Source: Nitratidesulfovibrio vulgaris str. Hildenborough
Lineage (GTDB): Bacteria; Desulfobacterota; Desulfovibrionia; Desulfovibrionales; Desulfovibrionaceae
Reading direction: 5' to 3'
Assembly: GCF_000195755.1 (NCBI RefSeq)
Contig: NC_002937.3
Span: 2,010,001-2,042,000 of the forward strand
Length of the DNA stretch: 32,000 nt
Part shown: positions 15,171 through 23,325 of the stretch, piece after piece
Position numbering within the stretch: the first letter of the stretch is position 1
How the letters are laid out: every line of letters begins with the position of its first letter
The notes under the pieces: model-generated
What the model saw: only the letters and a program-made list of their open reading frames with translations
Databases searched by the model: none
Told to the model about the DNA's origin: nothing
Made by a program: the position numbers and the translations under genes

Positions 15171-15866
15171 TTAGCCCTTGGCGGCGATGCGCGCCTTCAG
15201 GTCCTGTACCTTGAACCGCAGATAGTCGGACTCGGCCGTGTTGCCGGAGGCCAGAACAGCCTCACAGGCGGCGAGTGCCCTTGCGGGCTGCCCGGCAGCC
15301 TCGGCCGCCACGGCAAGTTGCATACGCACGAGATTGCGCGCCGCTTCAGGCGCGGCGGTCTCTGTCTTTTCAAGAACGGCGAGAGCTTCGGCAGCCTTGC
15401 CGGACGCCACAAGCGCCCCGGCTTGCGAGATGCCTGCCACGACACCGGCCCCGCCGTCGTCACCCGAGAGTGCGGCGTAGGCGGCGGCGGCCCTCTGGTA
15501 GTCGCCCAGTTCCATGGCGGTGGCGGCCTCTTCAAGGCGCACGGCATTCTTCAACGATGATGGACTGTTGTCGGCGAAGGCCGTCAGGGCGTCGAGACGG
15601 TCCTTGCCTTGCATCGTGACAACGATACGGCCAAGTTCCGTCTGTGCGGATTCGAGCGTGTTCCGCGTGTACATGCGCCATCCACCGGCAATCACGACGA
15701 CAAGAACGAACAGGCCGACCGCCCCGGCGATGATACGCACGTGATCGAGGACGAACTGCAACATGGGCGCGGCTTCGGTTCCCACCTCTCCCTGAAGTGA
15801 CCCGAGAAGTGTATTCGAGGGAAGGTTGGTATGCTGAAGATTGGGCCGCAGGGGAGTTTCAGCCAT
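15171..15866 (-). CDS. Single-pass membrane protein with an Ala-rich TPR-like (YfgM-like) helical domain (231 aa)
   Basis: ATG at 15866 with an AAGGAG SD. One TM segment, IIAGAVGLFVLVVVIAGGW. The remainder is helical-repeat-like (ELGDYQRAAAAYAAL...). It ends 48 nt upstream of iorA with no room for a promoter, so it is probably co-transcribed. Confidence 0.7.
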   Translation of the reverse strand: MAETPLRPNLQHTNLPSNTLLGSLQGEVGTEAAPMLQFVLDHVRIIAGAVGLFVLVVVIAGGWRMYTRNTLESAQTELGRIVVTMQGKDRLDALTAFADNSPSSLKNAVRLEEAATAMELGDYQRAAAAYAALSGDDGGAGVVAGISQAGALVASGKAAEALAVLEKTETAAPEAARNLVRMQLAVAAEAAGQPARALAACEAVLASGNTAESDYLRFKVQDLKARIAAKG

Positions 15867-15929
15867 TGATATCGGCTCCTTGCAGGGTTAGCATGATACA
15901 TCGGCGCTAGGGTGTGCGCAGACCGGACA

Positions 15930-15958
15930 GTTTTACGCACCGCTTACAGAAATGTCAA
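15930..15958 (-). promoter_or_regulatory. Candidate sigma-70 promoter for the TPR-iorA-iorB-activator operon
   Basis: The minus strand reads TTGACA (complement of 15953-15958), 17-nt spacer, TAAAAC (complement of 15930-15935), about 60 nt upstream of the ATG at 15866. Confidence 0.45.
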
Positions 15959-16159
15959 AAGGAATCCGCCCCCCTGCCCCACGCCCGGCAGCCGAAGAGC
16001 GTCACAGGTGGAGGCATGCAGAAGGTTCGGATTGGCGTCGTCTGCACACGCTCGAGACAGACGTGGCAGACAGTGCCCTCCCTGGACCGTCTGTCACCGT
16101 CCGTCCCGGAACGCCTTCGCCCACACCACGACGGCACAATGCCCCAAGGGGTGCCCCGC

Positions 16160-16189
16160 TTGCAAAGCGCCCCTCAAGACGCCTATACT
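16160..16189 (+). promoter_or_regulatory. Candidate sigma-70 promoter for proA-nadD
   Basis: TTGCAA (16160-16165), 18-nt spacer, TATACT (16184-16189), about 38 nt upstream of the proA ATG. Confidence 0.5.
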
Positions 16190-16226
16190 CCGTGACCGAA
16201 AATACGACGCCACTCCGGAGGTTCCA

Positions 16227-17486
16227 ATGAATATCGCCAGCCAGATCGAGGACATGGGGCGCCGCGCCCGGGCAGCAGGCCGCAGGCTGGCCGCCGCGTC
16301 CCCCGCCGCCAAGGCCGGTGCGCTCGACCACCTCGCCACACTTCTAGAGCAGCGTCAGGATGCCATTCTCGCGGCCAACGCCGCCGACCTTGCCGCCGCC
16401 GCTGAGGCGGGCATGGACGCCCCCCGCATGGACAGGCTGCGACTCACACCCGCCACCATCGCCGAAATGGCTGCCGCCTGCCGCCATGTCGCCGCGCTGC
16501 CCGACCCTGTCGGTGCCATCGAAACGCAATGGCAACGCCCCAATGGTCTCCTCGTCGGGAAGATGCGCATCCCGCTGGGCGTCATCGCCATGATCTATGA
16601 ATCACGCCCCAATGTGACCATCGATTCGGCCATCCTGTGCCTCAAGGCAGGCAACGCCGTCATCCTGCGCGGCGGTTCAGAGGCCATCCATTCGAACCTC
16701 GCACTGGCGGCACTCATCACCGAGGCCCTCTCCAGCGTGGGGTTGCCTGCCGAGGCGGTGCAAGTGGTATCCACCACCGACCGCGCCGTCATCGCCGAGC
16801 TCTGCAAACTTGAAGAACATATCGACGTCATCATCCCGCGCGGGGGCGAGACGCTCATCCGCGCCGTCGTGGACATGGCCCGCATGCCCGTGCTCAAGCA
16901 CTACAAGGGCGTATGCCACGCCTACATCGATAGTGGGGCCGACCTCGCGCAGGCCGTGGAGATCATCCACAACGCCAAGGTGCAGCGGCCCGGCGTGTGC
17001 AACGCCCTTGAGGGACTGCTCGTACACCGGGACGAAGCTGCTGCCTTCCTTCCCGCCATCGCGGAACGTCTGGGCAACGACGGCGTCGAGTTCAGGGCCT
17101 GTCCGGCATCGCTGCCGTTGCTCGGAGACTCTGCCATCCCCATGAAGGATGAGGACAACGGACAGGAGTTCCATGACCTCATCCTGCTGGTGCGCATCGT
17201 CGACGACATGGATGAGGCGCTGGCGCACATCGCGGCCTATGGTTCGAACCACACCGAGATCATCTGCACCCGTGATCATGGCAACGCCATGCGCTTCCTG
17301 CGCGAGGCCGATGCCTCCATGGTGGCGGTCAACGCCTCTTCACGCTTCAACGATGGCGGGCAACTCGGCCTCGGCGCAGAGATAGGCATCAGCACGTCGA
17401 AGCTGCATTCCTACGGGCCCATGGGGGTACAGGAACTCACTACGACCAAGTTCGTCGTCTTCGGCGCCGGGCAGATACGTCAGTAA
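16227..17486 (+). CDS. proA: Gamma-glutamyl phosphate reductase (419 aa)
   Basis: Track ORF 15912..17486, trimmed to the ATG at 16227 (GGAGG at 16216-16220). MNIASQIEDMGRRARAAGRRLA..., IPLGVIAMIYESRPNVT, VIIPRGG, NAKVQRPGVCNALE, SNHTEIICT and NASSRFNDG are typical ProA blocks. Confidence 0.93.
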   Translation: MNIASQIEDMGRRARAAGRRLAAASPAAKAGALDHLATLLEQRQDAILAANAADLAAAAEAGMDAPRMDRLRLTPATIAEMAAACRHVAALPDPVGAIETQWQRPNGLLVGKMRIPLGVIAMIYESRPNVTIDSAILCLKAGNAVILRGGSEAIHSNLALAALITEALSSVGLPAEAVQVVSTTDRAVIAELCKLEEHIDVIIPRGGETLIRAVVDMARMPVLKHYKGVCHAYIDSGADLAQAVEIIHNAKVQRPGVCNALEGLLVHRDEAAAFLPAIAERLGNDGVEFRACPASLPLLGDSAIPMKDEDNGQEFHDLILLVRIVDDMDEALAHIAAYGSNHTEIICTRDHGNAMRFLREADASMVAVNASSRFNDGGQLGLGAEIGISTSKLHSYGPMGVQELTTTKFVVFGAGQIRQ

Positions 17487-17511
17487 CGCCATAACGCCGA
17501 AGGGTGGCAGG

Positions 17512-18216
17512 ATGCATCATATAGGTCTGCTTGGGGGCAGCTTCAACCCCGTGCACATAGGACATGTGCGTCTGGCCGTGGAGATTGCAGAGACCTTGCG
17601 CCCGCAGCGCCTCGACCTCGTGCCGTGCGCCATTCCCCCGCACAAGCCGCACCGCAGCCTGCTGCCCTTCGACCTGCGCTACGAAATGCTCACTGCGGCT
17701 ACGCGGGCGTTTCCGACGTTGCAGGTCAACCCCATCGAACGCTCGCGCCCGGGGCCGTCCTACACATGGGACACCCTCGCAGCCTATGCACAGGTCGAGC
17801 CCGAGGCCCGACTCTTCTTCGTGCTGGGCGGCGAAGACTTCCACACACTGCCCCACTGGCACCGGGGACGCGAGTTGCCACTGCTGGCCGACATGGTCGT
17901 TGTGCCTCGCGCCGGGGCCGACCGGGGGGCCTTCATGACCACCACCCGCGAGTACTGGCCAGAAGCCCGCCCCGACGACGCCTGCACCGCCCCCGGAAGC
18001 ATCGCCTACAGCCTGCCGGGGGGCACAAGGCTCATCTACCTGCCCCTGCCACGTCTCGACATCAGCGCGTCGCTGGTACGTGACAAATGGATGGCGGGAC
18101 GAGACATTTCGCTGCTCGTACCGGATGCCGTGAAAGCCATCATGCGCGACAATGCGGAAACGCTCGCAGCATGCTGGGGGGGCGACGACAGCGCGATGCC
18201 GGAGGCCACCAGATGA
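17512..18216 (+). CDS. nadD: Nicotinate-nucleotide adenylyltransferase (234 aa)
   Basis: IGLLGGSFNPVHIGHVRLA (the (H/T)xGH nucleotidyltransferase motif), PPHK, and LDISASLVR (ISST-like motif). It follows proA, the common proA-nadD arrangement. Confidence 0.9.
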   Translation: MHHIGLLGGSFNPVHIGHVRLAVEIAETLRPQRLDLVPCAIPPHKPHRSLLPFDLRYEMLTAATRAFPTLQVNPIERSRPGPSYTWDTLAAYAQVEPEARLFFVLGGEDFHTLPHWHRGRELPLLADMVVVPRAGADRGAFMTTTREYWPEARPDDACTAPGSIAYSLPGGTRLIYLPLPRLDISASLVRDKWMAGRDISLLVPDAVKAIMRDNAETLAACWGGDDSAMPEATR

Positions 18217-19046
18217 TGACATCCGCCGCCCCGAAACCTGTTCGGGAGAACATCGCCCGCGCCAAGGCGTACCTCCGGCGCGACGACCTTCCACGCTCGA
18301 TGGCGGCCATGGCCACCGCCCTGCGCGAACTCAAGGGGACCCGCCTCATCGGACAGGCGCGCTTCGAGACCGAAGTGAACATTCATGAGTACGTCACCGA
18401 GTTGAACAGGCATCAGGCTGTGCGTCGCTTCTTCGAAGCGCAGGGAGTGCTGTCCACCCCCTTTGTCACCTATGCCAAGGGTGCCGAGACCGAACTTGCC
18501 GAAAGACTGGAGAGCATCCGCGCCGGCTTCGAAAAGGATGTGGCGGCACATGCCGCACAACATGCCGCCAAGGTCGCCCACCGCAAAGAGGCGCTTCTGC
18601 GCAGCGGGCAGGAGAAACTCGACGCCGGGGATGCACCCCGGGGCCGCAGCTTTCTCAAACGGGCAGCGGATGAATTCGGTCACGAGGCCGGGGTTCTCAC
18701 CGACATCGGGCAACGGCTTCAGCGGGCGGGTCTGCTTTTCGAGGCGGCGGAGATGTTCGAAAACGCCATCGCCGCCTTCCCCAAGGACGGACATGCCCAC
18801 GCCGGGGTCGTGGCAGCCTACATGGGGCTGCAGGAATACCCGAAAGCCGAGATGGCCTACACCAGAGCCCTCAAGCAATTCGGAACCCACCCCAAGACCC
18901 TCGTCAACATGGCGCGCATGTACCTTGCATGGCGCAAGCGCGACGAAGCGTGGACGCACATCCAGCGTGCCTTGCAGCTGGCCCCCGGGGATGCCGAGGC
19001 GAAAGCCCTGCTGGCTGAAATCGAGGGGCGGGGCAGCCGCCGATAG
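18213..19046 (+). CDS. TPR-repeat protein (277 aa)
   Basis: Track ORF 18087..19046, trimmed to the ATG at 18213, which overlaps the nadD stop (ATGA), with GGAGG 7 nt upstream. The C-terminal half has TPR-like repeats (AEMFENAIAAFPKDGHAHAGVVAAYMGLQEYPKAEMAYTRALKQFGTHPKTL...ALQLAPGDAEAKALL). Confidence 0.75.
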   Translation: MMTSAAPKPVRENIARAKAYLRRDDLPRSMAAMATALRELKGTRLIGQARFETEVNIHEYVTELNRHQAVRRFFEAQGVLSTPFVTYAKGAETELAERLESIRAGFEKDVAAHAAQHAAKVAHRKEALLRSGQEKLDAGDAPRGRSFLKRAADEFGHEAGVLTDIGQRLQRAGLLFEAAEMFENAIAAFPKDGHAHAGVVAAYMGLQEYPKAEMAYTRALKQFGTHPKTLVNMARMYLAWRKRDEAWTHIQRALQLAPGDAEAKALLAEIEGRGSRR

Positions 19047-19113
19047 CCGTCCCCCTGCGCACACTGTTCCGACAGACGGACGTATCGACCGGGCACACGA
19101 CTGCCAGCGCATC

Positions 19114-19150
19114 AAAAAGCAGCCTGGGCGGCTACCACCCAGGCTTTTAT
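19114..19150. terminator. Bidirectional rho-independent terminator between convergent genes
   Basis: AAAAAGC-AGCCTGGG-cggctacca-CCCAGGCT-TTTAT. The A-run and T-run flank the stem, so it could serve both strands. Confidence 0.75.
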
Positions 19151-19187
19151 ATGTGGCGGCCCATCATGCGGACATTACACCTGCCCG

Positions 19188-20249
19188 CTAACGCCCCGCT
19201 GCCCCCTTCGCCACCGCCGCGACATCGTCTGCAGCATCACGTCCCAGCACGCCCATGACCGCCGCGACGACTGTTTCGGGGCTAAGGCGCGCCATACAGC
19301 CCACCGTCTCGCGACATCGCCTGCTGCCGTGCAACGAACATGGGCGACAGGGCATATCCGGTTCGAGGACGACATCGTGCGGGCCTTCCGGGAAGAAACC
19401 CCACTCCCGCGTCGTGGGCCCGAACAAGGCGACGACCGGCGTGCCCACAGCACCCGCAAGATGCATGGGGCCCGAATCGCCCGTCACCAGCACGTCTGCC
19501 GCCGCAAGCAGGGCGCAGCTTTCCCGCAGGCTCGTTTTACCGGTGAAATCGACCACATCCGGCCCAAGGGACGAAGGGGTACCCTGCCCGATGACGCAGC
19601 ACCGCACCCCCCTCTCACGCAAGGCGGCGGCCAACTTCGTCCAGCTATCGGGAATCCACGCCTTGTCCGGGTGTGTCGCGTAAGGGTGCAAGGCCACAAG
19701 CGGACCTTGTCCCGGTACCTGCGACGCGAACCGGGCACCTGCCGAGACCTCGGCATCCGTCAGATAGATGCGAGGCAGCAGTGCCGACCGGGCAGGGGCC
19801 TCGGATTCCACAGCGAGCGCATACCGTTGCGTGACGTTCCAGCGACGCAGCGTATCACCGCAGAGCCTTCCGCCAGACCGCAGGAACAGCCTTCGGGCTA
19901 CCGGGAGTTTCGGGTACCGCCTCACCGGACCACGCCATAGCATGGCGAGAAGGCGAGAGCGGAGCGTACCGTGCAGGTCGAGCAACCCCTTCCCCGCATG
20001 GCGGGCGGCGCTTTCAAGGTAGATACGAAGCAACCGGGGCAGGGCAAGGTCGGCATTCTCGAGTCCGACGACACCATCGATGGCGGGATGACCTTCGAAC
20101 ACCCCCACCCATGCCTTGCGCGTCACCACGGTGAAACGCCATCCGCGCCGCCTGTGCCAGTAGTCGAGCACACCGGTCGTGAGGACGACGTCACCAAGGG
20201 CGCTCAGACGGAACACGACCCATGAATCGGTAGTCACGTTCATGCCCAT
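19188..20249 (-). CDS. Glycosyltransferase family 9 (LPS heptosyltransferase-like) (353 aa)
   Basis: Track ORF 19188..20429, trimmed to MGMNVTT (ATG at 20249, or 20243). VVFRLSALGDVVLTTGVL, and C-terminal LVTGDSGPMHLAGAVGTPVVALFGPT. No clear SD, so the start is uncertain. Confidence 0.8.
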   Translation of the reverse strand: MGMNVTTDSWVVFRLSALGDVVLTTGVLDYWHRRRGWRFTVVTRKAWVGVFEGHPAIDGVVGLENADLALPRLLRIYLESAARHAGKGLLDLHGTLRSRLLAMLWRGPVRRYPKLPVARRLFLRSGGRLCGDTLRRWNVTQRYALAVESEAPARSALLPRIYLTDAEVSAGARFASQVPGQGPLVALHPYATHPDKAWIPDSWTKLAAALRERGVRCCVIGQGTPSSLGPDVVDFTGKTSLRESCALLAAADVLVTGDSGPMHLAGAVGTPVVALFGPTTREWGFFPEGPHDVVLEPDMPCRPCSLHGSRRCRETVGCMARLSPETVVAAVMGVLGRDAADDVAAVAKGAAGR

Positions 20250-20329
20250 GCCACAACAATACGGTTCTCGCCCACGCGAAAAGATGCTAGCGTTTTCATG
20301 TGTGCGACACCTAACAGCAGCGGAACCGA

Positions 20330-23002
20330 ATGAAAAGCACCTTCGAACATGAAGCGCGCGTAGCGGATGCCCCCTCTGCTTCGCATGACACCGGAGTTCC
20401 GGAGGTGAACGCGGGACGCGCCAGCGCAATACTGCTGACCCTTGGCGTGGCGGTCACGCTTGTCCTCGCACTTGCCGCCTACCACCGCTACGACAACGAA
20501 CTGCAAACGACACAGCGCCGACTGTCGGCCATCGTGACAAGCGCGGCCGAACTTCACGCGCATCAAGACGCTCACACTGCCGTCGCGCACCTTGCGGAGA
20601 CTGTCACGCGGACAGGGTATGCCCTCTTCATGGTTGATGCAAAGACCTACCGGGCGTCCTCGTCTCCCGAAGGGATGTATGGCGTACAAGGTCCCCCCCC
20701 GCTGTCCCCGCGCCCCCCCCTTTCAGAGACGGTTCTTGCCCGTCTCCAGCATTCCCTCAAGCCCGGAACAGGCACCACCGTCATAGACGTGACAGCCGCG
20801 AACGGCACGGCTGGTGCGCCCACCCTGTTCTCGTGCACGGCACTGACGCAAGACGACCTGCTCATCTGCGCCACGGCGGATATGACAGGCACCACAGACA
20901 GCTTCCACATGAGCCTTTTCACTGCGGTCTTCGCCACGTTGCTGTTGACCGGAGGAGCACTCTATACGCTGACCGCGTGGCATGGCAGAGTCAGAAAGCG
21001 TCTTGCCGAACTCAAAGATACCATCGCCACGCTACAAGGTCAGAATAACGCCTGTGCGACAACGGCTGCGCGTTTCGCCGCACTCTTCGACCTCGCCGAA
21101 GAAGCCATGTACGTCATGGCCGGTGGACACATCGTCAAATACAACCAGACCTTCGCGAACATGATAAGGGGGGGGAACACCCCCGGTTCCGACGACGGGA
21201 TTCTCCATGCCGTACACCCCGACGACTCCCTGTACGTATCCAGAATACAGGCGATGCGACAGCGCGGTGAACCCACTCCCACCCGTATCGTCTTCAGGCT
21301 ACGCGACACCGGACAGGGAGTGCGATGGGTTCAGTGCACCAGCAGCGTGATTCCCTGGGATGAGGGCAGGGCACATCTGTCGGTGCTTTCGGACATTACG
21401 GATTTCAAACAGTCCACCCTGCTCGTCGAACAACGCGAACAGGCCTTGCTGCGCGTCGTGGAACAGCTGCCCTACGCGCTCGCTGTTCTCGCCCCCGACG
21501 GGAGCATCCTCCAGACGAATGGCGCGTGGCGCGACCTCATGCACACGTATACAGCCCCCGGAATGACGGCCGCGTCCATATTCGAGAACCCGCTCGTCAT
21601 GCAGAACGGGCACGAGAACGCTGTGCAAGAGGCCCTCACGGGTGCCCCAGTCGAAACCGAGGCACATCCCGTTCCATCTGTCCACGGCGAAGCGCGGCGC
21701 TGGCTACGGTTGCGTTTCTCACCGGTGCGCGACCATCATGACAGGCTGCAGAGCATTATCGCCCTTTACAGCGATGAGACCCCACACGTGATGGACACTC
21801 TCCAGCTGTCGGAATTGCAGCACGAAATCACCCGGCTGCATGAAACCTCCAGCGCGGCCCATGGCCGCCTACATGCCGTGCTTGACGCTCTGCCGTGGGC
21901 AATCGTGACGGTCGACGGCGCAGGCCGTGTCACCTTCATCAACGGCAGGGCCGCCGTATTTGCCGACACCGATGCGGAAGCGGTGCATGGCCTGACCGTG
22001 GAGGCGCTTCCCCCTGTTCTTGCCCGCTACGCCCCGATGTTGCGTGCCAGCCTTCGCTCTGGAACCCCCCAACCTTCCATCAGGAATGAAGAGTACATCA
22101 GCGGACGCATGAGACATCTCGAAGCCGCCAGCTACCCCATCGACGCTGGCGGGCAAGAGGCCGACAAGGCCGCCTTCCTGTGCATCGAGGACGTCACGGA
22201 ACGGGTGGCGCTGGAAGACATGATGGTACAGTCGGAAAAGATGGTCTCGGTCGGTGCGCTTGCCGCAGGCATGGCCCATGAGATCAACAATCCGCTGGGA
22301 GCCATCCTTCAAGGCGTCCAGAACCTGCGGCGCAGGCTCACAGCCGACCTGCCCGCCAACGTCAACGCCACATCGGAAGTCGGACTCACCATGGAACAGT
22401 TAAGGGCCTATGTCGAGTCCCGGCAGATTCCCATGCTGCTGGACGGCATCAGGGAAGCCGGAGAACGCGCTGGGCGCATCGTAAGCCACATGCTGACGTT
22501 CAGCCGCCGCAGTCAGGGGTTGCACAGGCCCGCGCACCTCGGCCCCCTCATCGACAAGGCCCTTGAGCTGGTGGAGACGGATTACGACCTGCTCAAGGCC
22601 TACGACTTCAAACAGATAGAGGTCTTCCGCGACGAAGAACCCGACCTGCCCCCCTTCAACTGCTCTTCTTCGGAAATCGAACAGGTCATCCTCAACCTGC
22701 TCAAGAATGCCGCCCATGCCGTCAGTGTGCGTACCGACGACGCACCTCCACGCATCCGCATCACCACCCGAAGCGAAGAGAACGGCATCCGCCTCGAAAT
22801 CGCAGACAACGGGCCGGGCATGACAGCGGAACAGCGGCGGCGGGCATTCGAACCGTTTTTCACCACTCGTGAGGTCGGCATGGGAACGGGGCTTGGTCTT
22901 TCCATCTGCTATTTCATCATCACCACCAAGCACCGGGGCACCATCGCCATAGACGCCGCCCCTGAGGGCGGGGTGCAGTTCACCATACGTCTCCCCTTCT
23001 AG
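20330..23002 (+). CDS. Membrane sensor histidine kinase: two TM segments flanking a ~150-aa periplasmic domain, three PAS domains, HisKA and HATPase_c; no receiver (890 aa)
   Basis: TM1 AILLTLGVAVTLVLALAAY; TM2 LFTAVFATLLLTGGALYTL. PAS-like blocks occur near residues 250-370, 380-490 and 510-630. H-box MAHEINNPLGAI, N-box LLKNAAHA, G-boxes DNGPGM and GTGLGLS. Confidence 0.88.
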   Translation: MKSTFEHEARVADAPSASHDTGVPEVNAGRASAILLTLGVAVTLVLALAAYHRYDNELQTTQRRLSAIVTSAAELHAHQDAHTAVAHLAETVTRTGYALFMVDAKTYRASSSPEGMYGVQGPPPLSPRPPLSETVLARLQHSLKPGTGTTVIDVTAANGTAGAPTLFSCTALTQDDLLICATADMTGTTDSFHMSLFTAVFATLLLTGGALYTLTAWHGRVRKRLAELKDTIATLQGQNNACATTAARFAALFDLAEEAMYVMAGGHIVKYNQTFANMIRGGNTPGSDDGILHAVHPDDSLYVSRIQAMRQRGEPTPTRIVFRLRDTGQGVRWVQCTSSVIPWDEGRAHLSVLSDITDFKQSTLLVEQREQALLRVVEQLPYALAVLAPDGSILQTNGAWRDLMHTYTAPGMTAASIFENPLVMQNGHENAVQEALTGAPVETEAHPVPSVHGEARRWLRLRFSPVRDHHDRLQSIIALYSDETPHVMDTLQLSELQHEITRLHETSSAAHGRLHAVLDALPWAIVTVDGAGRVTFINGRAAVFADTDAEAVHGLTVEALPPVLARYAPMLRASLRSGTPQPSIRNEEYISGRMRHLEAASYPIDAGGQEADKAAFLCIEDVTERVALEDMMVQSEKMVSVGALAAGMAHEINNPLGAILQGVQNLRRRLTADLPANVNATSEVGLTMEQLRAYVESRQIPMLLDGIREAGERAGRIVSHMLTFSRRSQGLHRPAHLGPLIDKALELVETDYDLLKAYDFKQIEVFRDEEPDLPPFNCSSSEIEQVILNLLKNAAHAVSVRTDDAPPRIRITTRSEENGIRLEIADNGPGMTAEQRRRAFEPFFTTREVGMGTGLGLSICYFIITTKHRGTIAIDAAPEGGVQFTIRLPF

Positions 23003-23325
23003 CTGGCGCCCCCGCTGTACCGTGCCCTTCGGGCGTGACATCACCGGACGCAGGGCACACCAGCCACGGCAGGACACGACGCCCCATCCGCCACCGACAC
23101 GGTCTCCCCCATGCGCGTGCCCCGCGCCCTGCCCGGTACTCGCCCCCTCGTGGGCGTTCGGCCCCCCTCATCGAAATCCTCGACCAGAAGAGGGACTCCT
23201 CCCCCACGACCGGCCACAGCCATATGTTCGAAACCGCATTGTCACCCTGCCGTCACCCGTGAAACCCTGCGGGGGTATACATCTCGCGTGCCTTCTTTTC
23301 ATGCATGCACACCGGGGGAGGTGGA

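Noticed and set aside
16150-16164. Sigma-54-like GG-N10-TTGCA (gGGtgCcccgcTTGCA) upstream of proA
   Set aside because: The TTGCA is better explained as the -35 (TTGCAA) of a sigma-70 promoter with a well-placed TATACT -10 box 18 nt downstream. The -24 half is poor, and a housekeeping proA is an unlikely sigma-54 target.
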